From positions 5,524 to 69,523 of the IMG/VR virus record IMGVR_UViG_3300032249_001192: DNA of 64,000 nt; one strand, written 5' to 3'. The position numbers and the translations under genes are program-made. Below the pieces are notes generated by a model, which was not told the origin of the DNA, ran no database searches, and was given only the letters and a program-made list of their open reading frames with translations. Shown piece by piece: positions 8,739 through 19,235 of the stretch (position 1 is its first letter; each line of letters begins with the position of its first letter). The stretch is from a virus.

Positions 8739-10908
8739 AACTAATTTCTTCTATTCCTGCTGTATTGTCTTCTAATTCTGATAATTGAGTGTAATCAACC
8801 TTAGTAAAGCCATTGAATAGATCACAATAGATTTTCCAGTTATATACGTCTTTCATGCAATATGTTAAGCGACGTAAATCAGAATCAAAGTATTTACTAG
8901 CAAAATTTGTCATTTTCGTCATGAACTTTAGCTTATTTGCATCGTCTGTTTCTTTGGTTTGATTTAGGCTGATATAATCACATGCTGCCCATAGATTATT
9001 ATTAAAGGCATTCAAGCCTAACTCAATTAATCCAGAGCACCACAATGCAGCATCTCCATACTCCTTAACTATTTCTCTGCTGGTATAAACAGTAGTAAAA
9101 GGAGCCTGTGGATAATCTTTATCTCCGCTTTGTGGTATCAATGATATGCCAGCGAAATATTTTCTATTATCATAGATAAACCTAGTAACACTTTCCCACT
9201 CATCCGGCTTAACTGTTACTGTATTGCTAACATTATGACTAAGATAGTCTTGTGTGCATAGTGATCTATTCTTTCCAGAATATACCCAATTTTTTTGAGT
9301 ATCTTTAACAACCTTTAGCATCTCTACTGCCGGTAACTGATTCTTTAACTTTGCACCATCTGGTACTTCAATAGGAAACTTAATGACCTCATCAGTATTA
9401 TTAGCAGACCATGATGACTTTTCACACGCTTGTGGGTTTAGTTTCTTAAAGTATTGATATGGTGCTTCTAAGATATTCGCTTGAACGTGCCTAATATATC
9501 TTTTGGCGTGGTGCGGATGTATTCCAGAACTAGTACCAAGCATACTGCTGCTAGTTCCTTCTGGCTTTAAGCAAGTTACTCTGGCTGCTTGATTAATACC
9601 TATAGCTTTAGCCATAAGCTTGTTCGTTTCAACAGCAATCTTTGCTCCATTCTTTAATGCTTTTTCTGTCAGTACAAGATCATGCTTTTCCATAGTACCA
9701 GTTAATGATACTCCTAATAAAGCTTCTCTTGCAAATATCTTACAGCTGGTGTCTCCAAGATAATCTAGTTTAGTAAAACCTGCCTGTAAAGTACCGATAA
9801 TAGCAGCTGCTTTACATCTCTCATAAAAATCTTCTTCATCTTCTATTGATGAGCAGTTGATTGTAGAAAGATTACATCCTTGCCATCCGCTTTTGCCGCT
9901 TTCTTCATCAACGGGCCACATACCGACTTCAACGCAAGGATTAAATGTCATTTCTGTAGAATCACTCCAAATAAATCCTGGTTCTCCAAATTCTTTCACA
10001 GACTGCATTAAAGTATCAAACTCTTCATATGTTGTTGAATCTTTTATCAGGAGTGCTGAGTTATTACTTCTTGCTCTTTGTGGATTATCCATATACCAAT
10101 TACCTGTTTTAGCCTTAGCCATTTCCGTATCGTCATGACTAAACAAAGCCAAAGAAGCACTTCGTCGAACACCACCAGAAAGAACCGCGTCACTACTATG
10201 CATAATAATATCATAAGCATCAATTGGTCTAAGCTTCTTTTGACCATTAGAGATGCATCTGTCTAGTAAGGTTCTGATTTTTTCTAGTCCGTTAGCTAGG
10301 GGTTCGTATCCGGGAGCTTTGCCAACACCGGATGCTAATGATGACCCCTTTGGTCTAATATTGGAATAATCAAACACTATATGACTATTCTTGTATTGTT
10401 TGAATTCTTCTACTGGCTTACTAAAGTAGGAACTTAGTAATACTCCAAGAGAATTTGCCCAGCCTTCTATGCTATCTTCAATTATATATTTTACTGCTTG
10501 ATCTTCTTTAACATCATGTTCTAGCGATGGTAGCTTGGATATATGATGTTTTTGAACACTGAATCCAGTACCAGATCCACATAGTAGTAGCCAAAAACAT
10601 TCTTGAAAAAACCTTAAACGATCACAGTATGAGCTTGTGCAATTATAGATTTTTGCATGTCGTTTTAGGATGGGTTCTCCACCAAATTGCAGTGCTCTTT
10701 GTGATCCAAGTACTTTTCTTTTGAGCATTAGCTCATATGCCCAGTCGATATCGTTTGCGATACCCTTATCGGTATAAAAGGAATGCATCATATTCTTAAC
10801 ACGATCTACTGCTTCTTTCCATGTTTCTCTGCGATTTTTATCTTCAATCCAACGAGCATATTTACTAACGAAAGTATAGTTTTGTAATTCTTGCAGAGCT
10901 GACATCAT
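8713..10908 (-). CDS. nrdJ: Class II (adenosylcobalamin-dependent) monomeric ribonucleotide reductase
   Basis: YNCTS, GSGTGFSVQ, GGVRRSA, GEPGF, NPCVE, CNLSTI, TCLKPEGTSS, C-terminal CAGGAC; no NrdB partner. Confidence 0.93.
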   Translation of the reverse strand: MMSALQELQNYTFVSKYARWIEDKNRRETWKEAVDRVKNMMHSFYTDKGIANDIDWAYELMLKRKVLGSQRALQFGGEPILKRHAKIYNCTSSYCDRLRFFQECFWLLLCGSGTGFSVQKHHISKLPSLEHDVKEDQAVKYIIEDSIEGWANSLGVLLSSYFSKPVEEFKQYKNSHIVFDYSNIRPKGSSLASGVGKAPGYEPLANGLEKIRTLLDRCISNGQKKLRPIDAYDIIMHSSDAVLSGGVRRSASLALFSHDDTEMAKAKTGNWYMDNPQRARSNNSALLIKDSTTYEEFDTLMQSVKEFGEPGFIWSDSTEMTFNPCVEVGMWPVDEESGKSGWQGCNLSTINCSSIEDEEDFYERCKAAAIIGTLQAGFTKLDYLGDTSCKIFAREALLGVSLTGTMEKHDLVLTEKALKNGAKIAVETNKLMAKAIGINQAARVTCLKPEGTSSSMLGTSSGIHPHHAKRYIRHVQANILEAPYQYFKKLNPQACEKSSWSANNTDEVIKFPIEVPDGAKLKNQLPAVEMLKVVKDTQKNWVYSGKNRSLCTQDYLSHNVSNTVTVKPDEWESVTRFIYDNRKYFAGISLIPQSGDKDYPQAPFTTVYTSREIVKEYGDAALWCSGLIELGLNAFNNNLWAACDYISLNQTKETDDANKLKFMTKMTNFASKYFDSDLRRLTYCMKDVYNWKIYCDLFNGFTKVDYTQLSELEDNTAGIEEISCAGGACLL

Positions 10909-11045
10909 GATCTCCTAGAGTTTAGAATCGCCGCTAGTCCGATTATTACGGCGGCGTGAAAAGAATAATTTATAGTGTCAATATTTGTATTAAAAAATCT
11001 TTGATACATATACACAACTGTTGAAATATAAAATGCGATAGACAT
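10905..11045 (-). CDS. Small membrane protein (46 aa, not in ORF track)
   Basis: MSIAFYISTVVYMYQRFFNTNIDTINYSFHAAVIIGLAAILNSRRS*; fills the gap exactly and its stop overlaps the nrdJ start (ATGA). Confidence 0.6.
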   Translation of the reverse strand: MSIAFYISTVVYMYQRFFNTNIDTINYSFHAAVIIGLAAILNSRRS

Positions 11046-11047
11046 AA

Positions 11048-11512
11048 TTATACACCGTTAATATTTTTAAGCCAAGATAAATCTGGTTTAACTTTTACTA
11101 TCTTAATACCGCTCATTTGTACGAACAAATCAAATCTTTTTTTGGCCTCTTCGTCAAATAAATGAGTACCATGATCATCAGACATCACAACAGAAATAAT
11201 ACCTTCTTGCCATAAAGCCATAATACAATCATTACAGCTTTGACCAGTTACATATGCTATACCATTATCTGGCCTAACAACACAATTACTTAGGGCATTT
11301 CTTTCTGCATGAATCATCCAAGGATATTTTTCTGGACGAGTCTTGGGAAGGTCATCATCATCTAATCCTCTAGGATACCCATTGTATCCGACTCCAAGGA
11401 TTCTGTTGTGCTGATCTGTGATTACACATCCGTGTTGAGTATGTATATCATGGCTACGCTGAGAAACAGCTTTAGCTAATCCTAAAAAATAATGATTCCA
11501 AGATGGTCGCAT
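11048..11512 (-). CDS. dCMP deaminase
   Basis: GVGYNG, IHAERNA, SCNDC zinc motifs. Confidence 0.92.
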   Translation of the reverse strand: MRPSWNHYFLGLAKAVSQRSHDIHTQHGCVITDQHNRILGVGYNGYPRGLDDDDLPKTRPEKYPWMIHAERNALSNCVVRPDNGIAYVTGQSCNDCIMALWQEGIISVVMSDDHGTHLFDEEAKKRFDLFVQMSGIKIVKVKPDLSWLKNINGV

Positions 11513-11549
11513 AGTAATTATGTAAGTTTTGTGTGTGGCTTGATACTGT

Positions 11550-11578
11550 ATTGTATCTCGCGTCTTCTATGGTGTCAA
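11550..11578 (-). promoter_or_regulatory. Sigma70-type promoter for the nucleotide metabolism/replication operon
   Basis: TTGACA-17 nt-TACAAT on minus strand, about 40 nt upstream of the dCMP deaminase start. Confidence 0.8.
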
Positions 11579-11642
11579 GAGAGAATCTCTCGGACGCTTG
11601 GACACATTATTATAGCTAGACTAAAGTATTTTTTGATTATTT

Positions 11643-12491
11643 TTAGGAGGGACATTCCTGATTTAAAACTTTTTCTAACCAGCCGTTCATAGAACATCCT
11701 ATAATATTTTTTGTATTTAAAGACATTATTTGAATGTCTATTTTAGAAGCTTCTGTCTCTTTACAAGGATATACAAAAGCCAATCCTCCAATATTATTAA
11801 TTTCGACAGGGTCGTATGTTCTAACATTAGACAGGTGTTTGTGATAGCACTTGATAGTATTACATGGATTGTACAAATTCCATCCGTATATACTCATAAG
11901 ATAAGCAAATTTATTATCACAACGAAATTGTCCAGTAGGTATATCCAATTTAGGTAAAAAGTTTATATTTTGAATATGATCCCCGTTTATTGCCCAAACA
12001 TCCTGAGACCAATGTGGATTTGGATGAAGTTTTGTAGATTTTAATAGATCTTCATGTCTAGATAAACAAATAATATTATCTGGTTTTGTTAAATAGTCTG
12101 ATATTTTATTAATTGATTCATCAAAATAAATATCAGCATTAGAAAATAAAGAAATAGTGTTTGCAGAAGAGTGTTCGATCCAATTTTTATACGTAGGCAT
12201 TTTATCTAAGCAAATAAAATTTAGTTTATTACAGTATGGATGAAGTTCTTCGTTTTCAAAAAAATGATAAAAATTAGAACTTTTTGTTTTGTGGTCTAAA
12301 AAGACATTGATTTGATTAATGTAAGAATTTTTTAAATTATTAATCAGACAGGAGTCTAGCTCCTTTTGTCTCTCTTGGGACTCAGACTGGTAGTAAGTTG
12401 TAAATAATTTAATTTTCATTAACATACCCATAAAATGTTTTAGAAATAAGATTTGTATTCTTATATATTCCATTATCCACAAGCTCATCAC
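11643..12491 (-). CDS. Putative GT-A-fold glycosyltransferase-like protein
   Basis: FSNADIYFD, CLSR, SQDVW, CDNKF motifs shared with the middle domain of 19213..21015; real start probably MKIKLF (~12419). Confidence 0.55.
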   Translation of the reverse strand: MMSLWIMEYIRIQILFLKHFMGMLMKIKLFTTYYQSESQERQKELDSCLINNLKNSYINQINVFLDHKTKSSNFYHFFENEELHPYCNKLNFICLDKMPTYKNWIEHSSANTISLFSNADIYFDESINKISDYLTKPDNIICLSRHEDLLKSTKLHPNPHWSQDVWAINGDHIQNINFLPKLDIPTGQFRCDNKFAYLMSIYGWNLYNPCNTIKCYHKHLSNVRTYDPVEINNIGGLAFVYPCKETEASKIDIQIMSLNTKNIIGCSMNGWLEKVLNQECPS

Positions 12492-14031
12492 AATATTGTT
12501 TTACCCCTGGATAATTGGGGTGTCCGTAGTCGTGAAAAGCTACTAAGCATGTATTTTTTAAATTTCTAGTAGCTAATTCAAATTGTATTTTGCAGTCTTC
12601 ATACGAATGTCCTGTATCTATAAATATCATGCCTAAATTTTCTATTGTTAAATGTTTTAGTATAATATTTGCGTCACCAGCTATTTGTATTGCTCTTATA
12701 TTATTTTTTTGCATATTATCTTTCCAGGCATTGTGCTCTTCTTCTGACCATCTACTTATACAAAAGAGTTCGCCGCCGCCTTTTGCCTGTTTAAGCCCAA
12801 GACCCAAGCACACAGAGCTTAAGCCTTTAAAAGATCCTATCTCTAAAATATTTTTGCCTTCAGGTAAATTAGAAGCTAGATTAAAAAGAAGTTGTGTTTC
12901 AACATGTTTATGTATTAGTCCTTCTGTTTTTTCTATAATTTGTTTTATATTATTGTAGTCCATATTTAAATTTTTTCTAGATTGTAGTAATTTGTTAGGA
13001 TCAATCGTAATATTATATTTTTCATCTGCTTCTATAATAAGATGATTATAGTTTTGAGCCATCTTAAAACAATTTCTAAAATTATAACATATTCTATTAT
13101 GCGGACAAAATTCTATAATTTTTGTTTCTGAGTTACAAAATATAGTATTAACAAATAATGATCCGTGTGCACCTATTATAGTTTTAGCATTACCAAAATA
13201 CTTTACGATATCTTGTAATGGTTCTTTACCGGTCAATATAATAAAGCCTTTTTTTGTTAATGATTCAATAACTTCTTTTTCGTTAAGAACGCCTCTAGAT
13301 CCTGCTCGAATATGATTTCTGCTTAGATATAAATTATACTTAGGCTCAATATCTTGTATGTCAAAATATTTAAAGTATTGATTTAATATCCATAAATATG
13401 CTTCTTTGTCCATTTCTGTAGGTACTGTTGGAGATATTGAATAAATTAGTTTTGAAATATGTAAATTATTATTTAGGATTAAATCTTTTTCTATAATAGC
13501 TCTATTGGTCAAAATAGATAGATGTTTTGTAAAGTCTATTATATTATGATATTCAGAGACTATAAATTTAATATTTTTATCATGTAGTAATTCTTTTATA
13601 GGATACAGTCTTTGAAAAGTATCAAATAAATGACCAAAAGCATAATATCTAAAAGGATGAGTCAAATCAATACAGGTCTCTTTTATATCTGTAAAGTCTG
13701 TATTGAAAGATTCTTTATTATATCTTTTTAAAATAGTCTCTGTTCTTTTATTCACCTCTTGATTGAATAATATGTCGTCTTTATAGTATTCACATATACA
13801 TTTTGGTTTCCAAAAAATTTGTTCATGAAGAGTGGACTCTATTACTTTTTGATCTTTATCAAATATAATACCATCTAACATAAAGACATCATCAAATGAG
13901 TATGCTAGTTTTTTGTGTCCAAAATAATTATGTCGATTACAATCTAAAAAACTGTATGATTTTTTCTTAGGTAAATTGAATTGGATTGTCATGATAGTAA
14001 ATCCTTGACATCTGTGTCGTATACAAACCAA
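12409..14031 (-). CDS. GT61-family glycosyltransferase fused to a class I SAM methyltransferase
   Basis: YLSR...RGVLNEKEV...IIGAHGSLFVNTIFC (GT61); ILEIGSFKGLS, IFIDTGHSYE, FHDY (Methyltransf_24-like). Confidence 0.8.
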   Translation of the reverse strand: MVCIRHRCQGFTIMTIQFNLPKKKSYSFLDCNRHNYFGHKKLAYSFDDVFMLDGIIFDKDQKVIESTLHEQIFWKPKCICEYYKDDILFNQEVNKRTETILKRYNKESFNTDFTDIKETCIDLTHPFRYYAFGHLFDTFQRLYPIKELLHDKNIKFIVSEYHNIIDFTKHLSILTNRAIIEKDLILNNNLHISKLIYSISPTVPTEMDKEAYLWILNQYFKYFDIQDIEPKYNLYLSRNHIRAGSRGVLNEKEVIESLTKKGFIILTGKEPLQDIVKYFGNAKTIIGAHGSLFVNTIFCNSETKIIEFCPHNRICYNFRNCFKMAQNYNHLIIEADEKYNITIDPNKLLQSRKNLNMDYNNIKQIIEKTEGLIHKHVETQLLFNLASNLPEGKNILEIGSFKGLSSVCLGLGLKQAKGGGELFCISRWSEEEHNAWKDNMQKNNIRAIQIAGDANIILKHLTIENLGMIFIDTGHSYEDCKIQFELATRNLKNTCLVAFHDYGHPNYPGVKQYCDELVDNGIYKNTNLISKTFYGYVNEN

Positions 14032-14789
14032 TCCTTGGGACTTTTGTAATAAGTACTATTACCAAGTATGTATGCAATATGACTAAAGCCGCTAGGAGAC
14101 CCAACGACAATATCTGCATTAACCATGTGATAAAAAATTTCTGTAGCTGCTTTATCTATAAGAGAAATAGGAGCAAACTCATCTAACATACTTAAATCTT
14201 CTATGTTGGGTTGAGAAGCTATGTAGATATTATATTGTGTAGTCTGAGAAGACACAATCTGTTTGATGGCATTGTAGAAATAACTAATGGGCAAAATTCT
14301 TCCTGGTATTCCAATAGCGTCTCCTCTTCTGATATGTACAATCAAATTATTGTTTGTGTTATATGGGTTTTTATTATGATAAATTGGCCGTAAAGTATTT
14401 TTATGTTTTTTGTAGAGTTTTAGTAGTAATGGTTTATTATCTACATTTTTAAGCAATTCGTTAAAAATATTAGAATCTTCTACTAGATTTAGATCTAGAT
14501 TGTATATGGTTTGTGTTTCAGTAAGAGAAGATATGTCTTCAGATTTATTTATTTTTTTATTTATTGCTTCTGGTTTTTTTTGAAAGCAATATTTTTGTTG
14601 AGCATAATCTAATTCATGCAGAGAAGAGAAGGATAGCACGTCCTCAAACTGTGCGGAAGCTCCTATAAAAGGAGTATATACTAGTTGAAGATCGTAAAGT
14701 TCGCATATTACTAAAGCAGAAAAATAGTTACATACTTGGTGTCCTATTCCAGCTCCTCTATTCTGTGTAATGTAAAAATAATTTTTCAT
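13989..14789 (-). CDS. Fucosyltransferase-like glycosyltransferase (GT11/GT23-like)
   Basis: GAGIGHQ, IVHIRRGD, ADIVVGSPSGFS motifs. Confidence 0.7.
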   Translation of the reverse strand: MKNYFYITQNRGAGIGHQVCNYFSALVICELYDLQLVYTPFIGASAQFEDVLSFSSLHELDYAQQKYCFQKKPEAINKKINKSEDISSLTETQTIYNLDLNLVEDSNIFNELLKNVDNKPLLLKLYKKHKNTLRPIYHNKNPYNTNNNLIVHIRRGDAIGIPGRILPISYFYNAIKQIVSSQTTQYNIYIASQPNIEDLSMLDEFAPISLIDKAATEIFYHMVNADIVVGSPSGFSHIAYILGNSTYYKSPKDWFVYDTDVKDLLS

Positions 14790-15544
14790 TTTGAATTCTT
14801 GTAATCAATCAAATTATAGTTAAATGCGTCAAGTTTGTCTTGAGCGCGTTTCATATCTTTCCACCCAGTCCAAGCAGGGTCTTTGTAAGAACGAACCCAT
14901 TTTTCCATTCTTACTTTTCCTTCTTTACTCCACCTAAAGTGATGGGTCTTTCCAGAATCATTTATTTTTATGCCAAACTCGTCAATAAACCTTTTATCTA
15001 TGTAATGATGACCACAACCAACAAATTTATAGTACTCTTTTTTAATTAAACTAATTTTTGGCATTACAAATAAATTTTCATTATATTTTGGGAATTGTTC
15101 GAAAATACTCTGTGTTGAAAGCATTTCTTTAGAAGATCCATCTTCAGATATTCTTTCTATAGTATGTCCAGATAAAACGTCAAATAAATTTTTTTCTAAA
15201 TAGTCTATGTTTAACAAAACATTATTTTCTTTGTACTCATGAAACTCATCCATGTCAGCAGGTATTATATACTCTATATCTTTTTTTGTTTCTAATAGTT
15301 CTTTTGTCCTTTTGACACCCATTCCATCGTCTAATACATGAGGCCCAATGTTGTATATGATTTCTGGATATTTCTTTGTTGTCTTATTTACAAACTCTTT
15401 GAAATTTTCCTCATCTTCTGGAAACCTATAACTAAAGTTAGCAATAAATAAATTAGCTCCAACTTTTTTATAATAGTCAATAAAGTGATCTATTAGATAG
15501 TCATCATCTTGACAACAACGAAATAAAACAGCAATTTTTTTCAT
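14786..15544 (-). CDS. GT2-like glycosyltransferase
   Basis: LIDHFIDYYKKVG, IIPADMDEFH, GHH motifs. Confidence 0.7.
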   Translation of the reverse strand: MKKIAVLFRCCQDDDYLIDHFIDYYKKVGANLFIANFSYRFPEDEENFKEFVNKTTKKYPEIIYNIGPHVLDDGMGVKRTKELLETKKDIEYIIPADMDEFHEYKENNVLLNIDYLEKNLFDVLSGHTIERISEDGSSKEMLSTQSIFEQFPKYNENLFVMPKISLIKKEYYKFVGCGHHYIDKRFIDEFGIKINDSGKTHHFRWSKEGKVRMEKWVRSYKDPAWTGWKDMKRAQDKLDAFNYNLIDYKNSK

Positions 15545-15560
15545 ATATATCTCGTAATTT

Positions 15561-15773
15561 TTATATCTCTTTGATAATCATCTCTTCTGAGAATGTAGAT
15601 ATAACGATAGTATGAATATTTTTTGTAAGATTTAAATCAGACAATGTATACCAAATATAATCTACAGAATTTTCATATGGAATCTCGAAAGGTATTAGTG
15701 CTACTTCTATATCCCAAGAATTGTCTTTTTTGATACGGTAATATTCTACTTTTCTAAGCTCTGATGTTGACAT
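15561..15773 (-). CDS. Hypothetical protein
   Basis: 70 aa ORF filling the gap. Confidence 0.5.
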   Translation of the reverse strand: MSTSELRKVEYYRIKKDNSWDIEVALIPFEIPYENSVDYIWYTLSDLNLTKNIHTIVISTFSEEMIIKEI

Positions 15774-15785
15774 ATTAAGATAGTC

Positions 15786-16787
15786 CTATTGGTATTGTAT
15801 TTTTGATATGGTTCCTATAAAATATAGAAAACCACAGGGTTTTATGACTTTAGTGACCGTCCAGTCAACTTGCTCTTTAGCAGATGATCTGTCGAAATCT
15901 TCTTGAGATACTTTTATGAGAAGTTTACTTTTGAACTCTTTTCTTATTTTTAAAACTTCTCTTTCATAATAACACCAACAGTCCCACAGGTCTTGAATTG
16001 ATTTTTCAGTATCGTCAACAATTAATTCAATCTTTCCAGAATATGGTCCAACGTTTTGAAAAAGTCCTATAATTTCTGCACTTCCAATGATAGACATTTC
16101 TTCATAAATAGTTTTAGAATCTATAGGTATCTTTTGAATATTGCTATATTTAGTTTTGGAAATGTCTGAAAAGTTGAGGTTGTTAAATGGAAGTATTTTT
16201 TCTAAAAATGTTTGATATATAAATTCACCATAAATTTTACTACCAAGCTTTAAAGTATGAACAGTATCTCTATATAAATCTTTTGTCGGTAAGTCTTTAA
16301 CGCGTTCTCTAAGATCAATATATGGAATATTGTATTTTTCAGCGTAGGTTATTGCTTGATTATACATATTTATTCTTTTGTCTGACATATGTTCTTCAGA
16401 TCCAGATAAGAACAAAAAAATAATTTGACAATTGTTATTAATGAATTTATATCTAAATGTATCTAAATATACGATAAGTTCTGATTCTGAAGGGATGTAC
16501 CCTGTGCTAAACCAATCAATGAAACAATAATTAGGATTTCCGGATAAAACATCGTCTATAAAACACATGCCAGCATCTCTTATATGAAGAGAACCATATG
16601 CGTATTTAGTAATCTCAAATTTTTGAATAACGTCTAATGCCTGAAAAATATCAACATATCCTCCTTTCTGTCTAGTTACTGATGCTCCAAAAAACGCTAA
16701 TTTAATAGGGGTTTCTCTTATTTGATCAAAAATATCCGCAGGTCCATCAACTGAAGACCCCAAATATTTTTCTTCCATTTTATCCAT
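15786..16787 (-). CDS. SGNH/GDSL hydrolase-fold protein (glycan O-acetyl esterase/transferase-like)
   Basis: FFGASVT block I, C-terminal DTVH (DxxH) motif. Confidence 0.75.
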   Translation of the reverse strand: MDKMEEKYLGSSVDGPADIFDQIRETPIKLAFFGASVTRQKGGYVDIFQALDVIQKFEITKYAYGSLHIRDAGMCFIDDVLSGNPNYCFIDWFSTGYIPSESELIVYLDTFRYKFINNNCQIIFLFLSGSEEHMSDKRINMYNQAITYAEKYNIPYIDLRERVKDLPTKDLYRDTVHTLKLGSKIYGEFIYQTFLEKILPFNNLNFSDISKTKYSNIQKIPIDSKTIYEEMSIIGSAEIIGLFQNVGPYSGKIELIVDDTEKSIQDLWDCWCYYEREVLKIRKEFKSKLLIKVSQEDFDRSSAKEQVDWTVTKVIKPCGFLYFIGTISKIQYQ

Positions 16788-16800
16788 AAAGACTCCTTAA

Positions 16801-18246
16801 TTATCTTATGTGTGATAAGTATTGTAGAATTTGTTGGTATTTTTTTTCTTTTATCCAGCTACTGTGTTCTGCTGTCGGTTGTTTTAACCATTCAAAAACC
16901 ATTAGAGAAGCATCTTCTAAAGACTTTTGATAAACTTCAGGAGCCCAACTGTATTTAGATTGTGTGGTACGGTTACAAATAAAATAATTTTTATCCTTAC
17001 TTATAATTTCAAAATTTTGCAATTCAAATGAGTTGTTCCAAAGTTCACTATTCAAACAACACTGTTTGTGTAATTCTGTTAATAAATACGGATGAAATTT
17101 GGTAGTAGAATGATTTACTCTTGTATTATTGTCATGGGGGACATGATATATGGTATCAAGATTAAATAATTTTTTGTGTAGTCCGAGCAATAGTAGTCTT
17201 GAGGTAAAATCAGAGTCATCCCAACCATAGTCTATAATAATTTCATTATATCCATTAATGCTAAAATAGTCATTAATATTTAAATACATAATTCCATGAG
17301 TAAATTTTTCATTATCATTTCTTGCACATAAATAGTCGCTAACGTAAAACTCTCCTGATTTTATAACATGTTTATCTAAAAATTTTTGATCTGTTATGTT
17401 GATATCTGCATCAAGTTTTAATATCTTGTTGTATCTGCAAAATTTAGCTCCTAGATTTTGAGCGTATGACCTTATGTAATTAATCTCGTTTTCTACTCTA
17501 ATATATCTAATTTTATCGTTATTTAATTTCTCTAGTATGGAAAGAAGAGATTCGTCTGAGCACCAGTCTACTATTATAAGCTCATCAATTCCAGAAGATA
17601 GCCAACTTCCAATATTTTTAATTAGATGTGATGTTCTATTTTTTATACATACTAGTGCTGTTGTTCCTTCTAGTATTTTTTCGTTAAGAATATTATTTTG
17701 TCTTTTAGGGTTATTTCTTTTATATTTTTTTTTAGTTAGATTTAAAGAATTTATATACTGATAATCAATATAAGGATTATAGATTAATTTTTTATCATAT
17801 TCGTTATGAGTATTAAGTATATTATATCTAGGATATTCCTGTTTGTATAATATAATTTTAAAAGGTTCTATTATTTTATTTTCGGTATTTAGTAAACAAA
17901 TTTTTATTTTACGACAAGTTATATTGCACTTAAAAATAGCTATATCTTTGCTATGTTTGAAATTAGTATTCAAAAAAGTATTTTTTTCATGAACCCATGT
18001 ATCTTTATCTGGTAATAGATAAGAGATATTAAGTTTTATGTGTCTTGAATTTTTTGTAATAATTTTAATTTGTTGTATGCTATATGAATTTTCGAAATGA
18101 AAAGTAATTGGACTCATTTCTTCGATATTATCAGGAGCCCAAAACCCTTCATATGTAGAGTCTAGAGAATCTATTCTATTATGATTTGCAGAACATGTAA
18201 TCTGACTTGGGTTAAGGAGGATTTTTTGTAACACAACTAAGCTCAC
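16801..18246 (-). CDS. Discoidin-like domain plus GT2/GT7 (beta-1,4-galactosyltransferase-like) glycosyltransferase
   Basis: IIVDWCSD, LKLDADI, GYNE...YGWDDSDFTSRL (GT7C-type motif); N-terminal F5/8-like beta sandwich. Confidence 0.75.
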   Translation of the reverse strand: MSLVVLQKILLNPSQITCSANHNRIDSLDSTYEGFWAPDNIEEMSPITFHFENSYSIQQIKIITKNSRHIKLNISYLLPDKDTWVHEKNTFLNTNFKHSKDIAIFKCNITCRKIKICLLNTENKIIEPFKIILYKQEYPRYNILNTHNEYDKKLIYNPYIDYQYINSLNLTKKKYKRNNPKRQNNILNEKILEGTTALVCIKNRTSHLIKNIGSWLSSGIDELIIVDWCSDESLLSILEKLNNDKIRYIRVENEINYIRSYAQNLGAKFCRYNKILKLDADINITDQKFLDKHVIKSGEFYVSDYLCARNDNEKFTHGIMYLNINDYFSINGYNEIIIDYGWDDSDFTSRLLLLGLHKKLFNLDTIYHVPHDNNTRVNHSTTKFHPYLLTELHKQCCLNSELWNNSFELQNFEIISKDKNYFICNRTTQSKYSWAPEVYQKSLEDASLMVFEWLKQPTAEHSSWIKEKKYQQILQYLSHIR

Positions 18247-19235
18247 TTAAAAAGCATATTAAAGTTTGGAGTTTCGCAATTTCTCATTTTGTGGAAAAAA
18301 TTATCAGCAAAATACTTTTCAGCATCAATATTGATTTCATATCTTGTAAAAATAGCTTCTAAAGTATCTACGAATTTTTTTCTATATTTTTTTGCTAAGT
18401 CTATATGGTCTTGTCTAATTTTGTTTGGGTCTTTTGGGTTGTTTACAAAGTACTCAACTGCCAAAGATATTTGCTTTGGATTATCTTCACATATAATTGA
18501 ATTATATTCATTATACCAGACATCTCTTCCTCCATAAGAATGCGTAGAAACTACTGGTATCCCACATAATAGATATTCGCTAGAACTAAAACATGCTCCT
18601 TCTTTATAAGATAAGATTAAACCAGACCGTGCCTGATTAATTAATTTTGGCATATCTTGATAAGGAATTGCTTCTGTCGGACAAAAAATACTATCAGGCA
18701 TTTTATAGTCTATGTCATGATAGTGGTTCGACCCAGAAGTTATCAGCGCTAAATTTTTAACATTATTAGCCAGATCATGTCTTTTAAATTTAGATTTTCT
18801 AGATATTAATATAGCATCGTATATTTTTTCTACAGGATTTACGGAAAAAAGATTTTCGTCTAGCCAGCAATTATGGTTAATAATTTCTCCAACGAAACCA
18901 TATTTGTATAAAATAGATTGTTCTAAAGCAGAGTTAAAAAGAAAAAAGAAATTGTTTTTGTTCAGTTTTAAATTTTCGAATATGTCGTTGTACACCTTGG
19001 CAAACCAATCATCATGAAACCATCCACAATACACAAAGAAAAAATCGGTATCTTTAATTTTGTTTTTATATTCGTTTAACCAATTGTAATTGTGCATTAT
19101 GTTTTCAATAATGTAAATATTTAATTTTTCACTTTTATAATAATGTCGAAATGGTATGGCTGGACTAGGCCAAACATATGGTGATTTATATATCATATAT
19201 TGGATCCTTTTTTTAATAAAAACAGATAAGTTCAT
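18243..19235 (-). CDS. GT-B (GT4-like) glycosyltransferase
   Basis: KRHDLA, EGACFSSSEYLLCGIPVVS (EX7E motif). Confidence 0.8.
   Translation of the reverse strand: MNLSVFIKKRIQYMIYKSPYVWPSPAIPFRHYYKSEKLNIYIIENIMHNYNWLNEYKNKIKDTDFFFVYCGWFHDDWFAKVYNDIFENLKLNKNNFFFLFNSALEQSILYKYGFVGEIINHNCWLDENLFSVNPVEKIYDAILISRKSKFKRHDLANNVKNLALITSGSNHYHDIDYKMPDSIFCPTEAIPYQDMPKLINQARSGLILSYKEGACFSSSEYLLCGIPVVSTHSYGGRDVWYNEYNSIICEDNPKQISLAVEYFVNNPKDPNKIRQDHIDLAKKYRKKFVDTLEAIFTRYEINIDAEKYFADNFFHKMRNCETPNFNMLFK

Noticed and set aside
914-10908. Inteins or introns in DnaB, RecA and NrdJ
   Set aside because: Lengths are ordinary; no intein C/S...HN boundaries or frame interruptions seen
10930-10956. CGCCGC...GCGGCG inverted repeat upstream of nrdJ considered as a cobalamin riboswitch or terminator
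   Set aside because: Lies within a 46 aa ORF, is too short, and has no B12-box or U-tract
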